Positions 40,521 through 60,273 of a stretch of DNA of 64,000 bases are shown here, piece by piece; the first letter of the stretch is position 1, and the number at the start of each line of letters is the position of its first letter. The stretch lies in assembly GCF_009914755.1 (NCBI RefSeq), contig NC_060928.1; one strand, given 5' to 3'. The position numbers and the translations under genes were made by a program. This DNA comes from the human T2T-CHM13v2.0 reference genome, Homo sapiens. The notes beneath the pieces were generated by a model. That model saw only the letters and a program-made list of their open reading frames with translations. It searched no databases and had not been told where the DNA came from.

Positions 40521-42559
40521 TGTCTTAGAAAACACATTTGTCTTACATTTATCTTTTTACTCTGCTTTATATTTTTAATAGATGTTTAAAAAGAAAATTA
40601 AAATTATTCTTCACAGTCACCATTTTTGAAAAGACAAAAGTAGCAAAAAGAGAGATACCAGCTCATGCAAACTAAATAAAACAAAAGTGTTCCTGTTTCT
40701 CCACGTGTGTCCATCTTTATGTACTCAGTGTCAAATATACTGGCAGGCAGACAGCAGATGTTACATATGTACTGGCCAAATGAATGAATAATAAATCACT
40801 ATGAAGTGAATGGCTTGTGAGAGCCCAGCCACTAGGCAAGCCTGGAGGATGACCATCTATGAGGGACCTCAGAGAAAGAACTGCTGAAAGAAGCCCATGG
40901 GCCTCCTTGACTTCTAAGATACATTTAGACATAATACTATTTAAGAGAGCAAGTAAGAGCAAATTTTCTCCCATAGTTCTGATTATCATTATAGTTTAAG
41001 CGTTAGACCTTGTTCAAACAAGCTTGGAAAACAAGCTGTCTTGTCTGTTAAGGGGAGAGTAAGTGATATAAAAATGTAAAGGTTAAGATTTCTGATAAGT
41101 TAAAGCTTGGTAAAATATTTCCACGTATGTAAATGATTATGCCAATTTAATTTGTTTCCAAAATTGGAATATCCTTTAGAATAGAAATAAAATATTTAAT
41201 CTGAATGGTAATACACTGATCTCCTTTTGTCGTGAACTACCGAGTCCTTTCTACAGTTTTGGCCATACACATGAAAATTAAATTACAGTATTTTAAAATA
41301 GTATTTGTATATTCCATTTGGGATCCTAACTTACCTAAGCAGCTCGAATACATTTTAAATTAAAATCAAGTTTGGATTTTTTTCCCAGAGAGGTGACTTA
41401 TTGCAAATAAGTAGCTCCCTCTATTTCATATTTGTCCATTTTTATTCTAAATATTTTAATACTATAACTTAAATATTCTATTGGTTTTATTTTTCTTAAT
41501 ATGATAATATTTTTATAAAGTATTTAAAGTAAACAAAATGTATTATAGTTATTGTTAGATAAAGGTGATAGACTTAAATAAACTAAGGCATGAGCCATAT
41601 CTGGGGTTCATGGATATTGAAATAATTTATTCTTTTAAAGCACATTATTGAGATGTTACACACATTTGGAAACACAAAGGGTAATAACTTTAGTTTCTAT
41701 CGATAATAAAAATTAGATAACCTGAGGAATCTTTAGAAGAGCATAGCAATGTAAAAAAAAAAAAGAGGCTAAAATAACACACATACGTTTTAACAGTGTT
41801 TGTCTTTTGCTGGTGGGACTATGAATGATTTTTCTCCCCACTGTCTACATTTTTACAATTAACATTATTTTAACAAGAAATAAAAATGGCGTGTTACTTT
41901 CTTTTAAAAAAAATTGTTAAATGTTAAGAGTAAAATAATGGCACTACACTATTTCAAAAGCAAAATATTAATTTCATGTTGAGCATAAAATTCTTATTAA
42001 GGCTGAGTCTCTTTGTGTCATACTAATAAAAAATTCTCCAATTATATATCTTAAGGGTACCTGGGCAGAGCAACCCTCAACATCACTAGGAAATGAATCC
42101 CTTCTTGGAACTAAATTCTCCAAATCAGGGAAGTCACTTTCTTAAGCAATAAAATATTTGGAAAATTAAACTTATTTATAAAGTCTGTTTTTCTACTAAG
42201 TCATTTAGCTCCTTTATTGCTTTCTTTATGTGGCTATTTTTCAACATTCTCTTAATGATTCAGAGATATTCTTGTGATTGTTAAAGACTTCACAATTAAA
42301 TACGCGGCACCTGTTAGGATGTAGCGGGCACTAGTGACTAGCAAAGCTTTGGTTTTGAGTTACAGTGTTTGTTCTTTATGGAATTTCTGTATTTTCCCCT
42401 GTAGCCTTCCTGTTAGATATTACTGCTGTTACTGTATCTTTCTTTAACCACCTCTTCTTTCCTCGTCTTCTAGCTTCTGGCTTTTAATAAATGTGCTATG
42501 GTAAAAAAAAAAAAAAAAAAAAGAAAGAAAAAAGTTAATATTGCTTACAGCTATGTGTA

Positions 42560-44441
<1,882 letters not shown>

Positions 44442-44469
44442 TATCATTTCCATCTCTTTATCAGTTCTA

Positions 44470-46561
<2,092 letters not shown>

Positions 46562-48898
46562 ATGTAACGTTCTTTCTGCACAAATAAAGTCAATTAATCC
46601 TTAATAAAGGAGAAAAGCAATTCAATAGACAGAAAAAATAGTCTTTTCAACAAATGGTACTGGAATAATTGGACATGCATATGCAAATATAAAAAGTAAA
46701 TATATTGAACTTACACTTTTCACAAAAACTGACTCAAAACAGATCTTCAACCTAAATATAAACCAAAATATTATAAAACTTCTGGAATAAACAAGAGGAG
46801 AAAAATTAATGTGATTTTGAGTTTGGCAATGGATTTTTAGATATAACATCAAAAGACATAATCAGTGAAAGAATAAAAATGTCAGTTTTATTAAAATTTA
46901 AAACTTCTCCACAAAAGACACTATCAAGAGAATGAAAAGACAAGCCACAGAATAGGAGAATATATTTGCAAAACAGATATTTGATAGAGGACTTATATTC
47001 AAAATCTACAAAGAACTCTAAGAAACTCTTAAAACTCAACAGTAAGAAAACAACACAATTCAAAACTGGGCAAAAGAACTGGAAAAAGACCAGGCTGTCA
47101 AAGATACAGAGACAGCAAACGAGCATGTGAGGAGATGCTCAGTGTCGCGCGTCATCAGGGAAATTTGATTGAAAACAGCATGCTGATACCATTATACACT
47201 CATTAGAATGGTTAAAATCAAAGAAACTCACATTACCAAATTCCTATGAGGATACAGACCAACAGGAACTCTCATTTTTTGTGGGAATGAAAAATGGTAT
47301 AGCAGCTTTAGAAGACAACTTGGCAAACTCTTACAAAACTAAACATAATCTTACTATACAATCCAGTAATCTCATCCATATTTGATTTGAAAACTTATAT
47401 CTACACAAAAACATGTATGAATGTTTAAGCAGCTTTATATATAATTGCCAAAATTGAAAGGAACCAAGAAGTCCTTCTATAGGTGAATGCATAAGCTAGT
47501 AGATCCATATAATGGAATATTATTCAGTGGTTAAAAAAAAGTGCAATCAAGTCACAAAGACAAGGAGGAAACTGAAATGCACGTTGGTAAGTGAAAAAAG
47601 CCAGTGTGAGAGGCTACATATGATATGATCCAATTATATGACTTGTAAAATGAAAACCTGCCATCTATGAAAACACAAATCCTGATTGCTAGGAAGTGAA
47701 GTCAGAGGGGATCAAGCACTGGGCTTGGGGCGATGGTGAAACCATCCTGTGTGATGCTGTAATGGTGGATGCACGACATTATGCATCTCTGAAAACTCAT
47801 CAAACTTCACAGCATCAAGAGTGAGCCTTAAGGTATGCACAATTTAAAAAATAGGAGGCTGGGAATCCCAGAAAGATATGCAGAATATGACAGAGGAATG
47901 CGACTGTATCATAAATATATCAAATTACCTCACTGAATAGGGTCAGGAGAAAGGGGCTGACCTAAATAACTTTGGAATTGAGCAAAGTTTCTAAAAATTA
48001 AAGAACAGCAACTGCACGTAAGCACTGTACTGTAGCTGGCAAAGTTGTCTCCCATGGGAATACAGCTTCACGATTCTTAGCCCTCCCCTTACTTCTCTGT
48101 AAATTCTCAGTCTAACTGTAAGAACCTGGCTTCTCTCACCCACCATCGTTTATGTAGCTGTTCAGTGATATGACACCTTTATACAACTATTCGAATGGCT
48201 GAAATATAAGCAACTCACGTGACCAATGCTTATGAGGATACAGAGCAAAGGGAGCTCTCATTCATTTTTGGTGGGAACAAAAAAGATACAGCCACTTTAG
48301 AGTTTGGCAAACTCATACAAAGCTAAACATGAATAGGTATATAAATGAAGGTGGGTTGGAAAAGCCAGGTTATTTTTTGGTTAGAATTTACAGATAAGAG
48401 AAGGAGGCTAGAATGATGCCTTTGTTAGCATATTTGAATTGGAGACATCAGTATAAGCTCACATTTAGCTTAATATAGATACAGATGGCCACCTATGGAA
48501 ATATTTATAGATGTATGTATATACATGCGTTAGGATACACACATCTATTTCTTTGCTCTATCAGCTGAGAAGATCTAAAACAAATGGCACCCTCGTATCA
48601 ATGAACACACCTAGATCTTGCATTGACTACCTCCTCCAATAAAACAAACCAAGTCTTCTTGTAGAGAGGGCTGATACTAACACCAAGGCCAGGTGTATAC
48701 AGGATGAGCCTGGAGCATCCAGTAGTCACAGAAAGCAGGGCGTGCACCCTCCTCCCCACAGAAAACCTCACATCATGAGGGTGTGTGAAGGGGGCACAAA
48801 GCCAACTGAAAGCGCTCCCAATGGCCAAAGCTGGAACGATTTGAGCCACAAAATAAGTCGTGTTGGATTATAATCCAAACTATAAAAGAAATATCCAT

Positions 48899-49193
48899 GG
48901 CCTGGTGCAGTGGCTCACACCTGTAATCCCACCACTTTGGAAGGCCAAGATGGGTGGATTACAAGGTCAGGAGATCGACACCATCTTGGCCAACATGGTG
49001 AAACCCCATTTCTACTAAAATACAAAAATAAGCTGGGCGTGGCGGCGCGTGCCTGTAATCCCAGCTACTCAGGAGGCTGAGGCAGGAGAATCGCTTGAAC
49101 CCAAGAGACAGAAGTTGCAGTGAGCCCAGATAGCACCACTGCACTACAGCCTGGCAACAGAGCAAGACCCTGTCTCAAAAAAAAAAAAAAAAA
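48899..49193 (+). mobile_element. AluSc-like
   Basis: Dimer with gcctggcaacagag deletion; TSD atcca(t/c)g. Confidence 0.95.
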
Positions 49194-49805
49194 TCCACGA
49201 GTCTACACTGATATAAAGAATGATTGAATAAATGAATAAATCGGGGAGTCAAATCAAATCCCCTGCCAAATCATTTCTAATAACTTATGCCACTGTTTTG
49301 CCTTTAAGGAAGCTACTCCAGCCTTGAGGGATTGGAGCATAACTCCTAATCCCTAAGTGTGAGCTACACATACAGACTCCCTTCCAAGGGGTAGATTCTG
49401 GAAAGTGCAGGGCGAGGCAGCGGAGGAGCCACTTTACAGGGAAGAAAACACGACCTCAGCCAGGTGATTCAAGTCGAAGTCAGAACCAACAGTCACAAAT
49501 CATGCTGACAGTGCTTGCCCACGATATGATGCAATGAAAATGGCGGCTTAGCTTTGTGATTTTCCTCTACAAAAGACACAAATCTAGTCTAATCATGAGG
49601 GGAAAAAAAGTCAGAAAATTTCCAACAGAGGGCAACCTACAAAAGAGGACTTCTCAAAATTGTTGGGGTCATCAAAAACACAGGAAGTCTGAGAAACTAT
49701 GACAGCCAAGAGGAGCCTGAGGAGTCACGGCCACTAAATGTAACATGGTGTCCCATAGGATTCCGGAACCTAAAGCTGATGTTGGGTAGAAACTAAGGAA
49801 GTCTG

Positions 49806-50099
<294 letters not shown>

Positions 50100-50309
50100 C
50101 CTAAGGAAGTCTGAATAAGCTATGGGCTTCAGTTCATAAGATATTTATAATATTAGTTCATTAATTATGCAAAGGTACCATGCTAATATAAGCTGTTAAT
50201 GATAGTGGGAACTGGCTTGGGTGTATGGGAACTATCTGTACCATCTTCCTAATTTTTTTATGAACCTAAAACTGTTCTAAAAACTAAAGTCAGAGTCGAT
50301 GTTTCTATC

Positions 50310-50700
50310 AGTATCCCCACTCTCCAGCCATGTCTTTGTGTTCCTCTTCCTCGCAGTGCATGTGAGGATTTGCTCCTTGGCCTGGAACACTGTTTCTCTT
50401 GCTGTGGATCAACATAAGCCTAATCCATTTAATCATGGCGATCTCATCATCAGCTCCCACCTAAACTGCTCCTCTTCACAGAAGAGTTTTGCTGCCTTCA
50501 ATCTACTCCATTGCACTCTCACTACTCCCTCGAGTTTTTCTTCACAGGACAAGCCATATTTGTATTATCTGAGTGTTATTAATTAGTTAAAGTCTATCAC
50601 CTCCAGAGACTATAAGCTCCATGAAAGCAAGGACTACATTTGCTCCCAATTTCAATACTGAGAGTAACATTGAATATTCGATCATTTTAATGAATGAATA
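50310..50700 (+). mobile_element. L2 3' end
   Basis: agactataagctccatgaaagcaaggacta..aatgaatgaat. Confidence 0.75.
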
Positions 50701-53424
50701 CACGACAGAAAAAATGAATCCTGACCTCTCAAAGATTATGTACTTATTTTTACTTCCTTCTTGGCAGCATGTAAGATTACATATATTCTAAATTATTGAT
50801 AGTGAACTTCTGTCTAACCCACGTGGTATTCTAAAAGACATTTTAACTATTCAGATACAGCTGAATATTTGTATCAGGGTAATACAGGCATAAATATCCA
50901 GTGGTTAAACCTCCATGAATGTACAATATTTTAGTCCATATTTTACATAGTCATTAAATGCTTTATTGAAGCAGAGTAAAGTCTGAAAACTAAAGCCAAA
51001 TCCTTTGACACTAAAAATAAAAAAAAAGCGGGTGTCCAAGCAACATAACGGTCAGTGATTTGCTACTTAACAAATGAAAAACAAAGAAACAAAATCCAAA
51101 TCAATGTAAACAATATATACCTCTCTGTTGACAATGACAACAGGTGCTATCAACACAGAAGATGATATAAATGTAAGTGCTTTAGTCAACATTACAGCCA
51201 GATGATAATAAGAACATTTCACTCTGCATTTATAGGACCCAGTAGCAGTCGGCTGTTAAAGAAAAGTAACAATAATCAAACTGGGCTAAGTATTTTCTAT
51301 GTGAAGGTATCATGAAATTTATGAAGTCTGTGTAAGAAAGATAAAGGCATTCACTTTTGAAAGAATAAGATAGTTTAAACCTCAACATTCTCTATGCTTA
51401 AAATTGAGCTAATTTGAATAAACAGACCATGACATGGAACTGTCACTTTACAAGTTCCTGCTTTAGTCTTTAACTCTCAAACTAGCATTCTTTAAACTGT
51501 CTAACACTGTGAACTAGTTTTAATGCCTCCAGCTTTGTCTCCTATTATTATGAGCACATTATATGGAGTGAAAAAAGAGGAATATTGTTGGACTTAATAG
51601 TAAATATAATATGGAAAATAATGCAATGAGCACTTAAACAAAGTTATAACCATGGTTAAACAAAAGAAAGATTGTATGTGTCAGCTGCTGAAAGACATTC
51701 TAAGTTATTTGTGTGCAATATACTGTTGTTTGACAGAACTGACACCTAAATGTGAATGATGGTTTGCTTTCGCTAATATTAGGGCATGAATCTAGGTTTA
51801 ATCCAGTCCAGTCAAACCTGGACTATGCCTCACTTTTTCTTCATAGATTTGACAATGGGTCTTCATTTTAAAATCACTTACAACCACGAAGAGAAAAAAA
51901 AAATCTCTTCACTGGTCCGTTTGGCAAATGACAGTTTGCTTGAGATTTCCTTCTGAGATCAAAGAGGAGGAAATAATGTCACGCTGCAGGAATTTCTAAT
52001 GATTAATGTTATTACCATGAACACCAAAGGAAGTGATAATAATTTGCCAAGTGTGCTGCCCGGTTTTCCAGTATTAACTCATCACTATTTGCTTCCTCAG
52101 AGTAAGGATTTCTCACAAATAAGGAAAAGGGATGAGGAGATATGTATTGCTTTTGTTTTCCGAGAATGCCACGCACCCACACTCAGCACACCCTAGCGAG
52201 ATTTTAGCCTATGCATGTGCGTCTTTCCTGCCTTTGCCTGTTTCTGCCTCTTGACCAGCGTCTATCAACTATGGAGCTCGACTCCCTGCCATTAAGGAGA
52301 CAGACTTCCTGGGGTGCTCTGCTCCCACCTGCTCCCTTTTGGACTAAACAATGTGTGTGCTCTTCTGTTACAGAGTCAGTTCCTTCCACAAAATTACCGT
52401 CTTGCTGTCATTGGTATGGCTGCCAGCAAACCATGCCAAGGTCTTCTGGTGTGCCTACAGCTAAATACTTGAGGAGAAAGAGGGGAACTTTGAAGCTCTT
52501 GATGCCACACTCAGCATGGAACAATTTTGGCAAAGCAACCATTTGAAATTTGCTTACTCTTCAATTTAGGGACGGCTCTGATGATTTATGAGTTCAGTGA
52601 GTTGAATTCAAAGATAGAAAAGAGCATGTTTCTCCTGGACAATTATGGAGAAAGGGAGAATTAGCTGTTCCTTATTCTTCTTGTTAGTTAAGTCCTATTT
52701 GAACTGTTCTTGCCTCATGTGATGGGAATGTCTAAAAATGCCAAAGGAGCCATCCATTTATTTCCAGAATTAGCAAAAACCACAAACTTCGCTGCTGAAG
52801 AGCAGGCTCCCACAGGAACTCATATAATTCTGCAGCGTGCCATTGACTTTAAATGGCCCCAAATACTTTCTTAAAACTCTCTGATGTGATCTATCTTTGT
52901 GGTAACCTTCCACACAAAGTGCTGGAACAGTGAGAAATAGAAATATACATGCTTCATAATGACTTGCTAGTTTAAAATGAGTGCTTTGCACATGGCATTG
53001 GGCATATCCAGGCCCTCTCTTGCTTGGGCATAAAGCCAGTCTGAAAAGTGAATGTATAAATCATTCAGCTAGATATGTCAGCTTTTAGATGTATACGCTT
53101 CAGCTTAGAGGCCTAAAATATATCACACTGTTTTCAGAGTTTTGTAGCTTATTATCGGAGCAATAGAGAAAGATTTTGATTGTAGAATCAGTGTGTCTAA
53201 GTGCATAGTATGGGGCAAATGTGGGTATCTAATGAGTTAATTCAAAATCATAAGCAGAGGCGCTATTCTTGCTTCTTAGTAATAAAGTGTTCCTATTGGA
53301 GTCATCAATGATAATACAACTTTAGTCTAAAGCAAGGATGGAATCAAGGAATTTTATTTATAGTACTGTAACCTGTTAATTTGATGGGCAAAGACTGACA
53401 AATTCAGGAATGAAAAGAATGTGC

Positions 53425-54030
53425 TTTTCTTTCCCTTTCCTCTCCTCTCCTCCCCTCCCCTCTCCTCTCCTCTCCTCCCCTCTCCTCTCCTCCCCTCCCC
53501 TCTCCTCTCCTCCTCTCCTCTCGTCTCCTCCCCTCTCCTCTCCTCCCCTCCCCTCTCCTCTCCTCCCCTCCCCTCTCCTCTCCTCCTCTCCTCTCCTCCC
53601 CTCCCCTCTCCCCCCCGCCCTCCCCTCCCTTCTCCTCTCCTCCCCTCCCCTCTCCTCTCCTCCTCTCCTCTCGCCTCCTCCCCTCTCCTCTCCTCTCCTC
53701 CCCTCTCCTCTCCTCCCCTCTCCTCTCCTCCCCTCCCCTCTCCTCTCCTCCTCTCCTCTCCTCCCCTCCCCTCTCCCCCCCGCCCTCCCCTCCCTTCTCC
53801 TCTCCTCCCCTCCCCTCTCCTCTCCTCCCCTCTCCTCTCTTCCCCTCCTCTCCCCCCCACCCTCCCCTCCCTTCTCCTCTCCTCCCCTCCCCTCTGCTCT
53901 CCTCCCCTCTCCTCCCCTCCTCTCCTCTGCCCTCCCCTACCCTTCTCTCCCTTCCTTCTCTTCTTCCTCCCTTCCTTCCTTTATCCCTCTCTCCTTCCCA
54001 CCCTCTTCTCTTCCTCCCTTCCTTCCTTCT
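53425..54030. repeat. ~600 bp polypyrimidine (CCTCT/CCCCT)n tract
   Basis: Almost pure C/T on the plus strand. Confidence 0.98.
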
Positions 54031-54819
54031 GTATAAAGTAAGATAGAGGTAATAAACTCAGTAGATTCAGTATACCGATAGCATATAACACTGACAAATC
54101 AGGTACCAGAGGCAAGTTCTGCAGTAGAATCTACAAGTGAAACTTCTAGAATTGTATTATTAAACCATAAAACATGCATCCCTCCCACCCTAAAGCTATT
54201 TTTTCTTACCACTTAGATGTAAATCATCTGAAATAAAGTTACAGATTTTGAGTAACAATATTAGTATGTGAATATGTGTTGCTGCTTCTCTAAGAACCTC
54301 CTAGTATACCCAGTACACCTGTTGGTAAGCCCCTGTCAACAGACAGAGCTGGTCATCCCCAGCCACTTCACAGGAGTTCCTGCCGTTTACAGTATTTCTT
54401 CAGAAGTTACGTTCAACAATTCTGCTACTTATGGTTTTCTTTTTCTGTAAATTTACTAGGCAAGTCATCTCTGCCTGACTTGCAAATTCAATGCTTGACT
54501 CTCAGATTACTACTGCTTTCATATAGATGTGGATCTTCCTTTGCAATGGTTTTTTTTTTTTTTTTTGAGGCTGGAATTCAAACGTATTATTGAACCTCTA
54601 GAATAAATTAATATTTCTTTTCAGGGTTACTATCGATGAGACTATATCTAACATGTCTGCCTGAGTAATTTGTTTTCTATAATTATGGATTACTAAAGGG
54701 TAGAATCAAAATATTTCTGAGGTTCTCATACAGTATAATGTCTAGAATTCAAAACTTTTTTGTTAAGTGAAAAGACAGACTGTCTTATTCAAAAGGTGCA
54801 CATTCGCTTTAATAAATGT

Positions 54820-55378
54820 TGACAAAGATTCTGTCTTTGAAATTTAGCCAGGCTTCTCTGAGCCCATTCTTACCCTGGCCTTGGCCTCGGTCTATACAGA
54901 CATGTTTGTAGTGGCCTCCAAACACTAAGTTCGTTTCTCACAGTTGAAAGCTGCATCCCCAGGGACGACCCCGACCCCGGCTCGGCTTCAGTGCCTGCCT
55001 GAGGACACTGCAGGCTGCCCAAGGAGTCTACTGTTTGCTCCAGCCAACCCCTGGAGAGAGGGCTCCCATCTCCTAGCCTCTGTGGGAGGGTAAGGGCCTC
55101 ATCTTGACAAGCTCCAGTTAACAAAACAATGTGGGTTTCACACGGACCAATCCCCGATTTCCTGCTTTTTGTAATTTTCCACTTCTCTGACCAGACTGAT
55201 CCCCCGTCACCCATGCTCTCTTCTCTCGCTCTTGCTTTAAAATGCCCAGTCTCCTCTGCACAAATAAAACTTGAGTTCAATTCATGCTGGACTTTTTCCT
55301 ACTACGATGGTACGTTATGGATTAAAAAACCTGTCCTTCCAGCTTTACCTAATGGCAGGCTTTGTTTCTCTTTGGACC
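54820..55378 (+). mobile_element. MER67-like ERV1 solo LTR
   Basis: Starts tgacaaagattctg; gtgcctgcctgaggacactgcaggctgcc..tactgtttgctccagccaac; 4 bp TSD atgt. Confidence 0.75.
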
Positions 55379-55502
55379 ATGTGCATGGTGTATCTTTCTT
55401 CTCTGCTCTCAGTGTGCCAGAAGTAAAATTAAGGGATTGAACCAATGGCTAGAACATCTCCAAAATTCTTACTCACTCTGGGTATGGTCTGCTATTTTTG
55501 CA

Positions 55503-56406
55503 TTTAAAAAAAATAACTTTTACTTTAGACACAGGGACTACATGTGCAGATTTGTTACATGAGTATATTACACCCAGGTGGTGAGCATAGTACCCAATAG
55601 GCGGTTTTTCAGCCCTTGCCTGCTCTCTCCCTACCACCTCTAGTAGTCTGCAGTGTCTCCATTTTTCCCATGTTTATGTCCATATGTGGTTAATGTTTAG
55701 TTCCCACTGGTAAGTGAGAACATGATGTATTTGGTTTTCTGTTTCTGCATTAATTCAATTAGGATTACGGATTCCAGCTACATCCATGTTGCTGTGAAGG
55801 ACATAATTTTACCCTTTTTATGGCTGCATAGTGTTCCATAGTGTATATGTACCACATTTGCTTTAACCAGTCCACCACTGATGGTCACCTTAGGTTGATT
55901 TCATGTCTTTGCTATCGTGAACAGTGCTGCAATGAACATACGCGTGCATATATCTTTTTGGTACAATAATCTATTTTCCTTTGGATATACACACAGTAAT
56001 GGGTTTGCTGGGTCAAATGCTAATTCTGTTTTAAGTTTTTTGAGAAATCTTCAAACGGCTTTCCACAATGGCTGAGCTAATTTACATTCCCACCAGCAGT
56101 GTATAAGCGTCCCCTTTTCTCCGTAGCCTGACCAGCATCTGTTGTTTTTTTACCTTTTAATAATAGCCATTCCTCTGATATGATATGGTATCTCACTGAG
56201 GTTTTGATTTGCATTTCTCTGATGATAATGATGTTGAGCATTTTTTCATGTTTGTTGCCCACGTGTATATCTTCTTTCAAGAAATGTCTGCTCATGTCCT
56301 TTGCCCATTTTTAATGGGGTCGTTCACCCTTCGCTTGTTGATTTGTTTGAGTTTCTTATAATTCTGGATATTAGACCTTTGTTGGATGCAGAGTTTGCAA
56401 ATATTT
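55503..56406 (-). mobile_element. L1PA15/16-like 3' fragment
   Basis: tacatgtgcagatttgttacatgagtatattacacccaggtggtgagcatagtacccaatagg. Confidence 0.85.
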
Positions 56407-56458
56407 TGTAATTCCCAGGCTAATCATATTATACAAACCCAGGTCTGTTAGCCTGAGC

Positions 56459-56490
56459 TGCAGTTTGAGATAAATACCAGTAGGTGGCAG
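56459..56490 (+). promoter_or_regulatory. Predicted CTCF site (core plus upstream TGCAG motif)
   Basis: CCAGTAGGTGGCAG at 56477-56490 matches CCRSYAGRKGGCRS at 14/14; TGCAG starts 18 bp upstream. Confidence 0.6.
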
Positions 56491-57715
56491 TGCAGGTCAC
56501 ATGGTGGCTTATTCTGCACAAAGCTGCTTTCCCATGGGGGTATGCCCTTGGGAAGAGAGGACTCAGGCACCAGTCTGGACAAGCACCCTTTTGTTAACGC
56601 AAAGGAAATAAGTCAATCAAATCAACACCAGTAAAGAAAAGTATACTTAGAAATACCAAACAACAATATTAAAAGAAAAACATCCTTAAGAGTACTGTTT
56701 TCTTTTCTCCTCATACTATTTTTGAGTTTACATTGCTGCTGCATTTTATGAACTCTTTTTGCATTGCAGCCCCAGGTTCAAGGCTTGGTGGAGTCCTGTA
56801 GTAGCCACCCAAGATTTCACTGGTCTTCAGAAACTTGGAAATAATCTCTCACAATTCGTCTTAAAACCACTGAATGTATGGTTCTTATGGAGGAGAGGCT
56901 GGCTAAAGGCAAAGTAAATGTAGATTTCGTGTCTCATCACAGAGGTTCAGCAATCACTCGCCCTGTCCTCAGTAGTTCCCCAATAGTCCCCTCCCAGGTC
57001 CCCACTCACTGCCTCTGGGATGCATCCCCCACTCCCTCCCCACTCCCCTGGGGTCTGAACAATAAATGGAAAGCAACTCGGCCTCTTCCCTTTCAAGGTG
57101 GGCACCGCCACTCTAGTTTAGTGAAAAATCTTTCCCTAAAATGGTCAGATTGATAAAAGGTAGGCAACGGTTCAGGAATATTTGTGCTTCCATTAGTGAG
57201 ATTTATGAACTTACTCCAACATTCTGAAACAATGGGGGTTGATGATACAGTTCCCTAAGGTTCTTTTTATAAATTTAGCTCCAAGATCTTTATTTATCTG
57301 TAACTTCTGTGCTTCTCCTGAGCCTGTGGTAACACACACCTCTTAAGCAAGGGCTGCTCAATTAAGAACACCCTAGGAGGCTTGCACCTGAAGGTTTGGC
57401 TTTATGCCAGATACCATATCTGCACTAAAGAGCTTGTCTTACTAAAGGGGCTCACTCCCATTCTTTTCCATTTTAACAAAGGTTAACTTAACTTAAACAT
57501 AAAATATTTGAAATAATTCTATAGTGACTGTCCCATAGAGAGAGAGGAAATGTATTTACATTGGGAGCTCTATGGAAATTTCATAAAGTGAATAGTTCTA
57601 AAATGAAAAGACAGAAATCTCTAGCATAGGTTATATGTTCCAGTGTTATGAATTAAGTCTCAAAGAAATTAAGTTCTTCAAAAAAGTTCCTGTTATAATG
57701 ACACATGCTGAACTC

Positions 57716-57717
<2 letters not shown>

Positions 57718-57752
<35 letters not shown>
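57718..57752. repeat. (TG)n microsatellite
   Basis: About 17 TG units. Confidence 0.98.
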
Positions 57753-57755
<3 letters not shown>

Positions 57756-58383
57756 TGGGGCCTCTAATACCCTCATGTTTTCAGTTTATATTTTACAGTA
57801 TCCCCATTTTTCAGTTGAAGAATCATAAGGAGATGCTTTAAATAGTTTGCCCAAGAACATCAAGTGAGTAATTTGACCAAGCCAGAAAAATTGCAACAAA
57901 AGCTGGGTTTCTGCATTGCATCAGCCAGAACCGTGCTTTCTCAGAACTCTAATTCAGTATTATAATATTTCTGCTCTAACACCTTGCAGTGGGGAAAAAA
58001 TTAAAATCTGATATTATACACACACTTTGGAATCCTTTAAAGTAAATGAAATATTTATGATTCAACCTGGGTTCAAATGAAGGAAGTGTAGGCATATCAG
58101 CTACAGTAAACCAATTGATGACTCAAGATGGCCAATGATGATAAAGTTGAGAGTCAGCTGGATTTTCACTGGGGCTGGCAGCAAGACAGGCCTGATGTTG
58201 AAAAAAGCAGACACAACAGGTGGAAGAACGGCAGAGTGGCTCTTGCTTTTGGTCTGAACACTCCCACTGGCTGCAGCACTGAGTTCTATAGAAGCATCTG
58301 CTCACCTTTCCTCTTGGCTGGAAAGACTTACATCAAATGATTACAGGTTTAATGAGGGAGAAGTGTCAAGATTAGAAAGACTA

Positions 58384-58818
<435 letters not shown>

Positions 58819-58826
58819 TTATTTTA

Positions 58827-60273
<1,447 letters not shown>

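Noticed and set aside
53354-54041. Longest ORFs (168-208 aa; P/S/L- or G/E/R-rich)
   Set aside because: Translations of the CT-rich simple repeat, which cannot contain stop codons
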